Part shown: positions 10,074 through 20,052 of the stretch, in pieces
Numbering within the stretch: the stretch's first letter is position 1
How the letters are laid out: each line of letters begins with the position of its first letter
IMG/VR virus record: IMGVR_UViG_3300037963_000751
Coordinates: 1-60,796 of that record
Reading direction: 5' to 3' (one strand)
Source: a virus
Taxonomy: Duplodnaviria; Caudoviricetes
Length of the DNA: 60,796 bases
Notes under the pieces: model-generated
What the model saw: the letters and a program-made list of their open reading frames with translations, nothing else
What the model was told of the DNA's origin: nothing
Databases searched by the model: none
Position numbers and translations under genes: made by a program

Positions 10074-10765
10074 TTAAAGGCGGTGTGTCCACCTATTACT
10101 ACTCCAACTCCTATCGCCTGCTTCTTAAAGTTCTTTGCGTAAGCAGCAGCGTATGAAGTTCTGTCTATACCACACCCCACTTGCATTCCAAATATCTTTT
10201 CATGTGTGCCTACTGTCCAATCTACATACGCCTGTGTATGTATATGACCCTGACAGGTAGACATCATATCATTCTTTGCACGTGTTCTTGCTGTGCCTCC
10301 TTCTCCATGAACATACTGCACATTGTCATACACTATTCTGTCTTGCCAATTCCACTTAGTACCAAGTACATCATTGTATGATTTAATCCATTGCTTAGGT
10401 ATAGAAGATGAGAAGGCTCGTCTCATTATCATGCGGTCATGGTTGCCAATGATTACGTCTGCTTTCTTAAATGATTCTTTCCATGGCTTTAGTTTCCTGA
10501 TAGCCGCAGTCAGTTCATCTCCTCCACCCATAGCATTAGGGTCTGTCTCATGATAACTTGAGTAGTGGTTATCTATAATGTCACCAATAAATATTGTATG
10601 GTTACAGTTGTATATATTATATATGTGCTGACAGAACTCCAAGTATCCTTCTTGAATAAATGGTGCGTGCAAATCTCCTATCACTAATATTTTTTTTTCT
10701 TTCTTGTTTAGATTTTCAAAGGCTGCTTTTCTTTTCCCCTGTAGTCTTGGTCTAATTGATTTCAT
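10055..10765 (-). CDS. Calcineurin-like metallophosphoesterase
   Basis: GDLH, GDIID, GNHD, HG and GHIH motifs. Confidence 0.9.
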   Translation of the reverse strand: MKSIRPRLQGKRKAAFENLNKKEKKILVIGDLHAPFIQEGYLEFCQHIYNIYNCNHTIFIGDIIDNHYSSYHETDPNAMGGGDELTAAIRKLKPWKESFKKADVIIGNHDRMIMRRAFSSSIPKQWIKSYNDVLGTKWNWQDRIVYDNVQYVHGEGGTARTRAKNDMMSTCQGHIHTQAYVDWTVGTHEKIFGMQVGCGIDRTSYAAAYAKNFKKQAIGVGVVIGGHTAFNCMMNL

Positions 10766-10943
10766 CTTCTAACGAATCTAATAAAACTTTAAGGACATCA
10801 ATCTGTTCTGATATAACAGACTTCAAGTCCTCATATTCTCTGTCTACTAAGTGTTCGTAAATTTGATTATTCTTTTCGTGCAGTTCCCTCATCACAATAT
10901 TAATATGATGTAGTCTCTCTCTTTCTACTGCACTTATTTTCAT
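10752..10943 (-). CDS. Hypothetical protein
   Basis: Tightly packed ORF; TAACTTTA promoter-like element at 10953-10960. Confidence 0.7.
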   Translation of the reverse strand: MKISAVERERLHHINIVMRELHEKNNQIYEHLVDREYEDLKSVISEQIDVLKVLLDSLEDEIN

Positions 10944-10964
10944 GAGTGTTTATAAAGTTACTAA

Positions 10965-11255
10965 TTATTTTTTAACTTTCTTAGAAGGGGATTTAATTTG
11001 GCGGATGTCATGTTGTAAGTCTTTTCGTTTGGTTTGTATTTTATTACTCCATGCTTCCCACCAATGATTAAATATATCCTCCTTTTGTTTTCCTCTATCC
11101 TCTACATGTAATATAATCTCAGGTTTTACTTTTGCTAATGCATCCTCTTCAGTTTCTGCATGAACAATAGTATAATGTGTTGAGTCATATACTTTTTTAG
11201 TAGGGTCAATGTCACTTGGTATTAACTTAGTATGTGTTATCTTGTACGTGTTCAT
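10965..11255 (-). CDS. Hypothetical protein
   Basis: ORF packing in the minus-strand operon. Confidence 0.7.
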   Translation of the reverse strand: MNTYKITHTKLIPSDIDPTKKVYDSTHYTIVHAETEEDALAKVKPEIILHVEDRGKQKEDIFNHWWEAWSNKIQTKRKDLQHDIRQIKSPSKKVKK

Positions 11256-11571
11256 CTTTTAAAATTTGATTTAAGTTTATATTATCAAGGTACTCATCTA
11301 CATCAATCTCTTTGAGACCTGTGCATATAGGAACCTCTCCTTTTTGTTTTAAGTATTCAATCTCAAAGAACATAGGCTCTTCAAGTCTAACTACTCCGGC
11401 TATGTATTGTAGCCATCCATCCTTTTCGGGAAGGGACTCAGCGTTAATATCTAATTGGTGTGCTATCTGTATACCATATGGTCGAGGAAGAGTATCTAAC
11501 GTATATAAGAACTCACTGTCCACTTGAAACTTTGTGAACTCAACCTCGGTATATTTCTGTTCTGCATCCAT
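11227..11571 (-). CDS. Hypothetical acidic protein
   Basis: ORF packing. Confidence 0.7.
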   Translation of the reverse strand: MDAEQKYTEVEFTKFQVDSEFLYTLDTLPRPYGIQIAHQLDINAESLPEKDGWLQYIAGVVRLEEPMFFEIEYLKQKGEVPICTGLKEIDVDEYLDNINLNQILKDEHVQDNTY

Positions 11572-11779
11572 GTTCTTTTAACTCTTTTAATCTATATTCT
11601 TGTAGCTTAGATACCTTTCCTTTTGGTGTCTTGACTTCACTGAACAAGACACCGCTATCTTTTGGTATAGCAATGATGTCAGGTATTCCATTCTTGTTAG
11701 TCTTTACTAACTTGATGACGTAGTACCCTTCATCTTCGAGTTGTTTAATTCTTTTTGATTGGATTTGTTGCTCAGTCAT
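11540..11779 (-). CDS. VRR-NUC domain nuclease (resolvase-like)
   Basis: TEQQIQ...GIPDII...FSEVKTPKGKVSKLQ. Confidence 0.85.
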   Translation of the reverse strand: MTEQQIQSKRIKQLEDEGYYVIKLVKTNKNGIPDIIAIPKDSGVLFSEVKTPKGKVSKLQEYRLKELKEHGCRTEIYRG

Positions 11780-11820
11780 TTAATGTAAAGATACAAAATC
11801 CTTTTTGAAAAAAATTAAAC

Positions 11821-12003
11821 CTATACCCCTACATAAATTTGATTCTCTAATTCTTTAATCTCTTTCTTTAAGTGGTTTAACTTTGCATATGCATGGTTCA
11901 GTGAGTCTGTTAACTCTATCTTTAATTCGATTAAGCTTTTAATTTTTTCTTCTTTCTCTTGTATTACTTCATACATATGTTTTATTTGTTCTTCAGGTGT
12001 CAT
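11821..12003 (-). CDS. Hypothetical coiled-coil protein
   Basis: Overlaps the helicase stop; heptad pattern. Confidence 0.65.
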   Translation of the reverse strand: MTPEEQIKHMYEVIQEKEEKIKSLIELKIELTDSLNHAYAKLNHLKKEIKELENQIYVGV

Positions 12004-13229
12004 ATAAATTGTTTTTTAAAATGGTTAATAGTATAATCTTTCTTCTTCGTTACTGCTTTATATATTTGTTTTTCAATTCCTCCTTTAGAGAATATCCAAT
12101 ACACATTATTGTATAGTCTATCTTTAGTTGTCATCCTATCTCTGCTTTGCCAATAAGACGTAGCACTAAAGTCAATGTTGTAGTACACAAGGGCTTCAGC
12201 TTTTTTCAATGAGATGCCCTCACGCCCACTAACTATTTGTAACGCTATACATTTGTCTGTCTTATTAAACTCATCTAACTCAGTGGTTAGTTTATCTTCA
12301 AAGATTTCTTTTAGTGCAGCAAGTTCTGCTGTAAACTTGTAGAAGATTCCAATCTTCTTACCCTTGAAATGTTTCTTAATAAACTCAGCCTTGCTATAGT
12401 CCATGACCATAGAGTTACCGGATTCAAACTTCACTGTACCTGAGAACATCTGATGTAACTTCATCATTAACTTCACAGGCGTATCAGCAAGTATGGTTTC
12501 TTTCTTTCCTTCAATGACTAAATCTTTTTGTAATCGTTTAGTCATGTCATAAGTATATGGTTTCATGTCTACCTCCAATACATTCTCTGTTGTCTTAACT
12601 TTAAAACCTGCGTTCTCTTGTGAGAAACGTATAGTGTATGGGGTCATCATATCTAAAATAGAATTGAGTCCCTTAGAATAATCGTTAATAAGCATTCCAT
12701 TTATTTTTTTCTGTGTTACATTCACATACTCATGAGCAAACTTGTAAAAGTTTTTGTATTCTTTAAAAGGATTGTTAGGAATACCATACACCTGATGGTA
12801 CATCTGTGAGTACGACTCAGGTGTAGGTGTTCCCGACATAAGAATAACTTTACTACTACATTTCTGTATCAATTCTTTGACTGCCTTTGCTCTCTTGTTT
12901 GGTTTAGCAAATGCACCAAGGCTGTGTGCTTCATCACATATTATTACATCCCACTTAACATCAGGTAGCTTATGCATACTCTCATAGTTAATAGTGAACA
13001 ATATAAAATTAGTAGGGCATAGCATATCAAAGTCAGATGTAATTGAACTGATTGCTTTCTTCTTAGTTAAGAAGAGTACGTGTTCAACATTAAGTTGCTC
13101 ACATATACCAAGACTTGTTAGTGTCTTACCTGTTCTAACTTCCATAGCAAGATATAAGAAGTCGTGAACATTTATTATAGAAGTACCTAACTCTATAATA
13201 GCCAACTGATAATCTCTATACTCTATCAT
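12000..13229 (-). CDS. SF2 (SNF2-like) helicase
   Basis: RTGKT Walker A, DEAH, SGTP, QSRDR. Confidence 0.9.
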   Translation of the reverse strand: MIEYRDYQLAIIELGTSIINVHDFLYLAMEVRTGKTLTSLGICEQLNVEHVLFLTKKKAISSITSDFDMLCPTNFILFTINYESMHKLPDVKWDVIICDEAHSLGAFAKPNKRAKAVKELIQKCSSKVILMSGTPTPESYSQMYHQVYGIPNNPFKEYKNFYKFAHEYVNVTQKKINGMLINDYSKGLNSILDMMTPYTIRFSQENAGFKVKTTENVLEVDMKPYTYDMTKRLQKDLVIEGKKETILADTPVKLMMKLHQMFSGTVKFESGNSMVMDYSKAEFIKKHFKGKKIGIFYKFTAELAALKEIFEDKLTTELDEFNKTDKCIALQIVSGREGISLKKAEALVYYNIDFSATSYWQSRDRMTTKDRLYNNVYWIFSKGGIEKQIYKAVTKKKDYTINHFKKQFI

Positions 13230-15631
13230 AACTCTAACTTTCCGTTCTCCTCAATGTCCTGCATAGTTCTAAACTCTATCCATCTACCACCACCATCTCT
13301 ACCTTCAAGAGGTTCAACGTCATACTTAAATATACCATAGGTCTTTAGCCATCTATAAAACCTTGTTCGACTTAACTTACGTTGGTTGTCAGGATTCTCT
13401 GTTATAAAGTCTAAGTATAAGTCATGCTTGTATATGGTATGATGAGGTATTAATAAATTGTTAGGAGCATGCCCATCAATTAAACCACACCATTCTATAA
13501 ACTCATGTGAGGTAGCAGCCGATAGCTTTCTAACCTTTAGATTTACGAACTGACTTCTTATTAATCCCTTGTTCATGTATAACTGTATACAACTAATCAT
13601 ATAGTTATCAAAGACACACCACTCTTCATCATCCCAATCACCAAACATTAATTTATTAAACTCATCAAGAGGTGTATAATGTTTTGAGTAGTGTTGGTGT
13701 AACTCAAGCTCCCACTTCCTTCTCTCAAAAGAATTACCTGCCCCCTTGATTGCATAGTTAGTAGTGATTGCAATCTTAGGAGACTTAGCAAATGGTATCT
13801 TGATAGCATCCTTGTTCTTCTTCTCAAGTGTTAGTCCCTCAGTTACTACCGAGAACAATCTTTCAAAGTCAAAGTGTTTCTTCACATCATCAAAGCAAAG
13901 TATCTGCGTGTCTGCTGATACAAGTTGGTATGCGAAACTCTTTTCAAATGCAAATGATTTACCATCAATCACTACAACTTTCTTCATCTTCTGTAGTGCA
14001 TTGATAAACAATCCCTTACCTGTACCACCCTCGGGGTTGTCAGATATAACCTCATCATTTAATATTACAGCAGGGCAATAGCTGAGGTTCTTATATCCAT
14101 GCATCATGTATCCAAGTGTAGACTCCATTGACTTTGTTCTACTCTCATCTCTCTTACATATGTTATTAATAAACCTTTGAAAGTCACAGTTGATTATAGA
14201 ACACTTGTTAAAGTTCCTATCTATTACGTGGTCTTTCCATACGTAACCACCCAAGTCTATGTAGTCTATAGGTATCACATCTTCTTTATCTATCTTGACT
14301 GCACAGTTTTTGTAATACAAGTATGAAGTATTCTTAGTGTCCTCTATAAAGTACACATCAATAGATGACAGCAATGTAAGGAACTCATCCTTAAAGAAAC
14401 GTGTGTTGTCTGCAAAGTAATTGTATATACTTATATCATCTAAGTCAATAAGATGATTGAGTATAAAATCTTTTATCTCTTTCTCTGAGGTGTGGTCGAT
14501 TAGGTTATTAGTTACCTTGACAAACACATAGTTCTTACTACCTTCAGGACAATACTTATAGAATCCATTCTCTTCCAAGAACAATTTAAACAATACGTGT
14601 ACTATCTTTATTACTCCCTTGTCATTCTTTGTCCAAAAGGTTTGCTTCTTATTATCTTCTTCAGCTTTATTTAATACTGAATCAATAACATTATCTTCCA
14701 TGTCATTACGACTAAGCTCTTCCCTTATATCTTTCTTAGATACACCACGCTTCAACTTAACCTTAATGCTATTTACTTTCTCTTCATCCTCATAGTATTT
14801 AGTGCCGAAGTTATTGGTGTTTGAATACGCTGAGTCAATCGTTCTTATTATCTCACGTTGATTAAAATCTTTGGTTGCATATTGATTGAGTACATACTTA
14901 GCTAACTCTTTATTAATCCCAAAGTCATTGAACGCTGATGCAAGTACATAACAGTTTTGGTTTCGTTGTCCCTCAGTCATAGGGTATTTCTTTTTCCACC
15001 ACTTAATTAGTATGTCTACTATTTTATTTTCGTCAGTGATGGGTATGGTTGCTACATCTCTATGTCTTACTACCTCTTTGTACTCGGGCTCTTCAATCTT
15101 ATCCCATGTGCTTGCCTTCTCATTGATATGTATCAATGGGTCATAACTTTCATAGCATACTCGTGATACATTCTTACATGTCTTGTCAAAGTATTCTGAA
15201 TTGAAATATGTTTTAAGTGAATTGAAATAGTTGGTATGGTTCTCTTCATCCTTTGGTATCTTAACGAGTACCTTTAGTCCATTGCCTGATGGAGATAAGA
15301 ATACTGAGTACACATAATTGTTCTCACTGAATCCTTGCTTTGCTCCAAGTAAATCTTTCTTCTTAGTGTACCCATCAAAGTCTAAACAAATCAAACCACT
15401 GTGTTCAAGTAGTGATGAATCATTTCTTTTGGTAAACTTCCCGGAGAAACAAATCGCAGGTAGATGTTTCTTTAACTCTTGTCTCTCGGATTTGTTTGAC
15501 TCAAGTCGTATACTTTTAACCAAGTCTCTGCTTGCTCCGTTCTTAATTCTTTCTAATATTTCCTCTACATTTCTATAAAAAGGAGTGCTTGTCTCCTTAA
15601 TAGACCTGAAAATTGTAATGTTGTGTGTCAT
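13226..15631 (-). CDS. Primase-helicase (BT4734/VirE-N-like primase-polymerase domain plus P-loop helicase)
   Basis: LICLDFD and FLSPSGNGLK; EGQRN PriCT-like segment; GGTGKG Walker A and FDD Walker B. Confidence 0.85.
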   Translation of the reverse strand: MTHNITIFRSIKETSTPFYRNVEEILERIKNGASRDLVKSIRLESNKSERQELKKHLPAICFSGKFTKRNDSSLLEHSGLICLDFDGYTKKKDLLGAKQGFSENNYVYSVFLSPSGNGLKVLVKIPKDEENHTNYFNSLKTYFNSEYFDKTCKNVSRVCYESYDPLIHINEKASTWDKIEEPEYKEVVRHRDVATIPITDENKIVDILIKWWKKKYPMTEGQRNQNCYVLASAFNDFGINKELAKYVLNQYATKDFNQREIIRTIDSAYSNTNNFGTKYYEDEEKVNSIKVKLKRGVSKKDIREELSRNDMEDNVIDSVLNKAEEDNKKQTFWTKNDKGVIKIVHVLFKLFLEENGFYKYCPEGSKNYVFVKVTNNLIDHTSEKEIKDFILNHLIDLDDISIYNYFADNTRFFKDEFLTLLSSIDVYFIEDTKNTSYLYYKNCAVKIDKEDVIPIDYIDLGGYVWKDHVIDRNFNKCSIINCDFQRFINNICKRDESRTKSMESTLGYMMHGYKNLSYCPAVILNDEVISDNPEGGTGKGLFINALQKMKKVVVIDGKSFAFEKSFAYQLVSADTQILCFDDVKKHFDFERLFSVVTEGLTLEKKNKDAIKIPFAKSPKIAITTNYAIKGAGNSFERRKWELELHQHYSKHYTPLDEFNKLMFGDWDDEEWCVFDNYMISCIQLYMNKGLIRSQFVNLKVRKLSAATSHEFIEWCGLIDGHAPNNLLIPHHTIYKHDLYLDFITENPDNQRKLSRTRFYRWLKTYGIFKYDVEPLEGRDGGGRWIEFRTMQDIEENGKLEL

Positions 15632-15790
15632 TTTTTTGTCCTTTATGTCGTTCTTATGTCGATTATTTTTTACTAACTAACTGATTATCAGATGTCCTGC
15701 CGATATGTCGATTTTTTTCTTTCATATATGGGAGAATAAAAATAAATATAATAAATTATATATACTATATATGAATAAAAAAACTGTCAT
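15625..15790. other. Origin-like module 1: TGTC(G) iterons plus AT-rich tract
   Basis: Repeated TATGTCG/TGTC, TAACTAACTGATTATCAG and a TATATA-rich tract directly upstream of the primase. Confidence 0.55.
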
Positions 15791-15820
15791 AAGAAAAGGG
15801 GGATAGTTACTTCCCCCTTC
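15791..15820 (-). terminator. Intrinsic terminator after the SSB-like gene
   Basis: AAGGGGGA/TCCCCCTT stem with a U-rich tail on the minus strand. Confidence 0.6.
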
Positions 15821-15842
15821 TCGTAACCAATTAACATACCGA

Positions 15843-16097
15843 TTAGAATGGCAACCCATCCTTCTCAGTTTCTTTTGTGGATGCCTCAGCTTTAGGCTCC
15901 CAAGTATCAAGCTCCATGTAGTAGTTACCACTGCGAGCCTGATTAATATTTAAAGTACACCACCCTTTCTTGTTATTCTTTTTCAAGAAAGCAATAGCGT
16001 CATCTACTTTAACATTAACATTACCAACTACAAAGTCGGGTGCGTTCTCTCTTCTCTTGAAAGAGAATCCATCTGCAAAAATTTTATCTTCTGCCAT
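15843..16097 (-). CDS. Small ssDNA-binding-like protein
   Basis: Acidic tail ending DGLPF; next to the recombination genes. Confidence 0.6.
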   Translation of the reverse strand: MAEDKIFADGFSFKRRENAPDFVVGNVNVKVDDAIAFLKKNNKKGWCTLNINQARSGNYYMELDTWEPKAEASTKETEKDGLPF

Positions 16098-16164
16098 AAT
16101 ATATATTTAATTTGTCTCAATAAAAAAAATAACAAACCACTATCCATTTGAGACGTACGGATAG

Positions 16165-16182
16165 TAGCTCGTTGACGAGCTA
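16165..16182. repeat. Dyad motif copy TAGCTCG-TTGA-CGAGCTA (contains the exonuclease stop)
   Basis: Read directly. Confidence 0.9.
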
Positions 16183-16917
16183 TAGTACCTCGTTAATTAT
16201 AAAAGATTCTATATCTTCTGTTGGATGTTCCCCAAAGAATTTATTATATACCTCGATAGCTTTATCTACCTTTAACATTCCATTGTGTACGAACTCTTCT
16301 GATGGTTCATATACACCAAGCATCTTTGTGTTCTTGTCAATCACATAGAATACTAATGGTCTGCCAAACAACTCTTGGTATATGTAACACTGACTATCGT
16401 AGTTGTACTTACGTGCCGACCACTTGAAGTCGTTGATGTTTGATGTAGTCTTGAGGTCAATGATACAATCCTCGCATAATATATCCGCCTTACCTTTCCA
16501 TTGCATACCTTTAATCGTACCAATAGCAGGCTTCTCATATTCATTTGTCTCCTCTGTCATCTTGTCAAACATAAATATATTTCCCCTGATTGTTTGAACC
16601 AATTCTAATATATTACTACACTCTTTACTTAGTAGTGCTACCTCTACATTGTGTTCAGCTATGAACTCCTTGTATGCTTTTGAATTACGTGATGACACGT
16701 CAACACACAAGGTGTCCTCTGCTTTCTCAGGCTCAAGTAATAACTGATGAAAGTATCTACCCTCAGCAAAGTTTTTGTTGTCGGGTCTGCTTATCCTAAA
16801 CTCTTTAGGGTTAGATAGCAGTGTACCTATGTCTGAGTTGCTGAGGTATTGCTTACCAAAGTCTCCATAGTAATTGCTATCGTCTTCTAACTTCTTTAGT
16901 ATGTCCTGTGTTTTCAT
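16180..16917 (-). CDS. RecE/ExoVIII-like PD-(D/E)XK exonuclease (DUF3799-like)
   Basis: LSNSDI, GRYFHQLLLEP, KGKAD...IIDLKTT, YDSQCYIY. Confidence 0.85.
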   Translation of the reverse strand: MKTQDILKKLEDDSNYYGDFGKQYLSNSDIGTLLSNPKEFRISRPDNKNFAEGRYFHQLLLEPEKAEDTLCVDVSSRNSKAYKEFIAEHNVEVALLSKECSNILELVQTIRGNIFMFDKMTEETNEYEKPAIGTIKGMQWKGKADILCEDCIIDLKTTSNINDFKWSARKYNYDSQCYIYQELFGRPLVFYVIDKNTKMLGVYEPSEEFVHNGMLKVDKAIEVYNKFFGEHPTEDIESFIINEVL

Positions 16918-16918
16918 T

Positions 16919-17446
16919 CTATTTAATTTTGAATTTCTTTTTCAACTCTGTCTTATGCTTAGTCGTTACATCATACTTGCGTTGTAACTCTTTAACTATT
17001 GCAGTCAAACCTTTCTCCTTGTTGGCAGCTACATAGTTAAGAACCTTCTCCCAATTATTACTACCTATCTCAAGTTCAATAGTTGTTTTCTTTGGTGCAG
17101 GTTTCTTATCTTGATTAGCTATGGCATTGCTTACTTCATCTGCTGATGCTACTGATACATCAAGTCCTATCCCAAAGTTAGCCAATGCTCTACCCCAAGC
17201 TGAGGTCTCGCAGTTCTCCACGTAACTTGTCTTGTTGATAAACGTACTACCCTTCTCTTCTTCAGCCAAACCTGTAGCCAATGCTCTACCTGTCTTGTCT
17301 GATATGGTAGCTTTGATTAGTATGCTTGTGTCTGTCTTGTCTAACACCTCACTCACTAACGAGTGGTCTTTATAGTTAGCTCTAAAATGTTTTAGTCTTT
17401 CGTTAACCTCAACATATTCTTTTCCTTTGATATTAATTGTTTTCAT
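16919..17446 (-). CDS. ssDNA-annealing recombinase (Rad52/Sak-like)
   Basis: YVEVNERL...ENCETSAWGRALANFGIG; adjacent to the exonuclease. Confidence 0.7.
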   Translation of the reverse strand: MKTINIKGKEYVEVNERLKHFRANYKDHSLVSEVLDKTDTSILIKATISDKTGRALATGLAEEEKGSTFINKTSYVENCETSAWGRALANFGIGLDVSVASADEVSNAIANQDKKPAPKKTTIELEIGSNNWEKVLNYVAANKEKGLTAIVKELQRKYDVTTKHKTELKKKFKIK

Positions 17447-17841
17447 TTGATTAGATATTTATTTATTTGTTTTGTTATTCTTCTATAGTCTTTCAGTATA
17501 GTTGTCCTTGCTTTCTTCAGTGATTTAATTCTCTTGTCATTCTTCCTTGTGTTAACCTCACTCCTCATCCTCTCTTCTATTACATTTAATTTTCTCTTGT
17601 AGTTGACAAGTGCTAATCTATATACACCTATTACCCATCCATACTCTAAGAAAGTTTGATACTGTTCTGTTGTTATCTCTTTATAGAACACACCAATAGT
17701 TGTGTTGAATATCTGTACGTCATTCCCTTCCCTTGTTATCTTGATTCCTTGTCGGAGACGTGCTTCATATTCTGCACCATCAATGTTGATACTAACCTCA
17801 TCAGTATTTGCCTGATTAAATATGTCATTTAACTTGTACAT
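17443..17841 (-). CDS. Hypothetical protein
   Basis: ORF packing. Confidence 0.7.
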   Translation of the reverse strand: MYKLNDIFNQANTDEVSINIDGAEYEARLRQGIKITREGNDVQIFNTTIGVFYKEITTEQYQTFLEYGWVIGVYRLALVNYKRKLNVIEERMRSEVNTRKNDKRIKSLKKARTTILKDYRRITKQINKYLIK

Positions 17842-18131
17842 TCTTTTCTTATACTCTTTACTATATCTTGTATATCATCATTGGTTTCAGTCAATAGTTT
17901 TATTTTGTTGTAACCATGATAGATAGATGAGTGACTAATCTTATAGTTGTTATCCATCATATACTTTTTTAATTGAGCAAGAGTCATGGGTGCTTCAAGA
18001 GATAGGTAGTATAGCAGGTGTCTTGCATCTGCTAAATCACTACGCTTATCCTTGGCAAACAACTCGCTCTCATCTATGTAGTATGCTTTGCATATCTTAT
18101 CTACATACTTGTTGAAGATTCTTTTTTTCAT
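17829..18131 (-). CDS. Stand-alone DnaA C-terminal (domain IV) HTH-like protein
   Basis: KDKRSDLADARHLLYYL...SHSSIYHGYNKI; start moved to MKKRIF because of the AAATCAAATG leader. Confidence 0.75.
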   Translation of the reverse strand: MKKRIFNKYVDKICKAYYIDESELFAKDKRSDLADARHLLYYLSLEAPMTLAQLKKYMMDNNYKISHSSIYHGYNKIKLLTETNDDIQDIVKSIRKECTS

Positions 18132-18261
18132 TTGATTTAATTTTCTGTTTAACTTCATGGCTCGCTGACGAGCCATCTCTTTCGTATATGTCCTTGTCAT
18201 ATACACCATTGTTTATATCCTCTTGTAACTGTTGGATATAAATATCTTTAGTCCTTCCCAT
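18097..18261 (-). CDS. Small hypothetical protein, 54 aa (MGRTKDIYIQQLQED...), not in the ORF track
   Basis: ATG overlaps the upstream TAA (TAATG coupling). Confidence 0.5.
   Translation of the reverse strand: MGRTKDIYIQQLQEDINNGVYDKDIYERDGSSASHEVKQKIKSNEKKNLQQVCR
18157..18176. repeat. Dyad motif copy ATGGCTCG-CTGA-CGAGCCAT
   Basis: Read directly. Confidence 0.9.
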
Positions 18262-18632
18262 TAGCTTAATGTTTTAAATTTACTAACGTGCTTATCCCAA
18301 TAGAACTCCTCTACATGTTTGATGTCATCTGATTGCACACTATCACTACCTACCTGCACATAAAAGATATTATTCTTTAGTGCTTGGATATACAATCCTC
18401 CTACATATACCACTACATCTGTGCAGTCATCACGTAGTGAATCTTTAAATGCATACGCATGGTGTATGTCCGACATAAATCTTTCTCTTGGTATAAACCT
18501 GCCGAAACTTTGGAAGTCCTCGAGTGTCATCTCGTCTGTCTTATCTACGTAGTTCTGTAACCTTCGTATAAATTTTCTATTGGGTTTTGATTTGAGCTTC
18601 TGAAATAGAATCTCCTTGAATATAATGTTCAT
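18261..18632 (-). CDS. Hypothetical protein
   Basis: First ORF after an early promoter. Confidence 0.7.
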   Translation of the reverse strand: MNIIFKEILFQKLKSKPNRKFIRRLQNYVDKTDEMTLEDFQSFGRFIPRERFMSDIHHAYAFKDSLRDDCTDVVVYVGGLYIQALKNNIFYVQVGSDSVQSDDIKHVEEFYWDKHVSKFKTLS

Positions 18633-18661
18633 CTGTCCTTAATTTATTTATATTAATACTA

Positions 18662-18693
18662 TAAAGATAGTTAAAAGAAACTACAATTCCAAG
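18662..18693 (-). promoter_or_regulatory. Early promoter CTTGGAATTGT-N13-TATCTTTA
   Basis: Bacteroidota-type -33/-7 layout, shared with 23765 and 26699. Confidence 0.7.
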
Positions 18694-18697
18694 TAGT

Positions 18698-18943
18698 TTA
18701 ATCTAAATCTTTTCTTTTACATATGAGTACGTTACCCACTATGCTTTGTCCTGCAAGTTTACTTGCGTGTTCATTGACAGGTAGCCCAAAGATTAATCCT
18801 TCTTCATTGACTATCATAACATCATCATCTGTGAGTCGTACCAATTCAATGTACCCACCCACTGCGTCTTGCATTTGTTTGAGGCTGTTGTCCTTGTCAA
18901 TAGCTACCTCTTCTATTGTTCCGTCTGTTTTAATCCACTGCAT
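18698..18943 (-). CDS. DUF3846-like protein
   Basis: LKQMQDAVGGYIE...IVNEEG...LPVN...IVGNV. Confidence 0.75.
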   Translation of the reverse strand: MQWIKTDGTIEEVAIDKDNSLKQMQDAVGGYIELVRLTDDDVMIVNEEGLIFGLPVNEHASKLAGQSIVGNVLICKRKDLD

Positions 18944-18947
18944 CTTA

Positions 18948-19151
18948 TTAGTTTTGATTGTTATTAATTCTATCGAGACTCATCATAGCTAACAAACGTG
19001 TAGGTAATACATGCTTGTCATTACATTTGTCGCAACATCTATCTCCTTCTTCACCCAAAGGAGCAGGGTTGTGTCCTTTATCCCATCCTGTACGAGGGCA
19101 AGGTTTTATTTCTTGGTTGCACAAACAACACTTTAGTTTTTCTTTCTTCAT
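18948..19151 (-). CDS. Small Zn-finger protein
   Basis: CCLC...GHNPAP...CCDKC. Confidence 0.7.
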   Translation of the reverse strand: MKKEKLKCCLCNQEIKPCPRTGWDKGHNPAPLGEEGDRCCDKCNDKHVLPTRLLAMMSLDRINNNQN

Positions 19152-19522
19152 TCTACTTCATTTAATCCCATGTCAATGGCATATTCATTAATCATTTCAA
19201 AAATTCTCATAGACATCCACTCACTCATAAACACTTTGTCAAGTATCTCCATTGCTTGTTCTTTAGAAGCATCCCAATTCGTTTGTACATCCTCAACACA
19301 CCACATATTACCTGCGTAGTACCCTCGTTCTTCAAGCTCGGTGCGTAAGGCATGAGTTGGTAGGTATATAGGCACAGTATCTCTTTTATCTGACAAACTT
19401 TTTAATTTGTCTGTAACAATATCTAATACCTCTCCGTCTGATAGGTATCCTCTATCTTCACTATCCTCAGCGTGCTTAGGACTCTCAATGAAGTCTATTA
19501 ATTTTTGTATTTCTGTTTTCAT
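19148..19522 (-). CDS. Hypothetical protein
   Basis: ORF with an AT-rich leader. Confidence 0.7.
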   Translation of the reverse strand: MKTEIQKLIDFIESPKHAEDSEDRGYLSDGEVLDIVTDKLKSLSDKRDTVPIYLPTHALRTELEERGYYAGNMWCVEDVQTNWDASKEQAMEILDKVFMSEWMSMRIFEMINEYAIDMGLNEVE

Positions 19523-19607
19523 AATTATCTTAGTTTATAAATTCGTATCTTGTACTTAAATATATTCAATCTGAATATGGTTTTGTATCTGCTCATGGTA
19601 TTTGTTT

Positions 19608-19892
19608 TTATATGTGTCCACCTATCAAGTATGAATCTCCTTCAGGGTCTACTTCGTATCTCACTTCCTGCTCAGATGTTTCATCAGTCCACCCATCATC
19701 TGAATCCATACCATTTCCATGTTCAAACTCTGCTTCGTCAAGTGCTTTCTCTAACTTGTACCCCCATTCAGTTTCTTTCTCAAGGAGATAGTCATGCACA
19801 CTATCGAAGTCATCATGCAATGTACTTGGTACATCTATCTCAATCTCTGCGTACTTGTAGTACACTCTTCTAATTTTAATTACTGTTTTCAT
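19608..19892 (-). CDS. Very acidic hypothetical protein
   Basis: Start placed at MKTVIK after AAACAAATCAAATG; D/E-rich. Confidence 0.7.
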   Translation of the reverse strand: MKTVIKIRRVYYKYAEIEIDVPSTLHDDFDSVHDYLLEKETEWGYKLEKALDEAEFEHGNGMDSDDGWTDETSEQEVRYEVDPEGDSYLIGGHI

Positions 19893-20052
19893 TTGATTTG
19901 TTTTTATTGTATTCATTAATTACTTCTTGTATGGTTTCTTCACTATCATCCATAACACTTACATAACTATCCACCTCCTCATCTATTATTATCTCTACTT
20001 GATATTTAAAATCTCCACTTGGAATCGCGTCATAATTTATATATGCTTTCAT
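19876..20052 (-). CDS. Small acidic protein, 58 aa (MKAYINYDAIPSGDFKYQVEIIIDEE...), not in the ORF track
   Basis: Leader identical to that of 20064..20306; fills the gap between genes. Confidence 0.6.
   Translation of the reverse strand: MKAYINYDAIPSGDFKYQVEIIIDEEVDSYVSVMDDSEETIQEVINEYNKNKSNENSN

Noticed and set aside
15722-15931. 69-aa minus-strand ORF
   Set aside because: Overlaps the SSB-like gene, a terminator and the AT-rich origin-like tract
18132-18209. N-terminal extension of ORF 17829..18209
   Set aside because: Overlaps a coupled 54-aa ORF; the AAATCAAATG leader favours 18131
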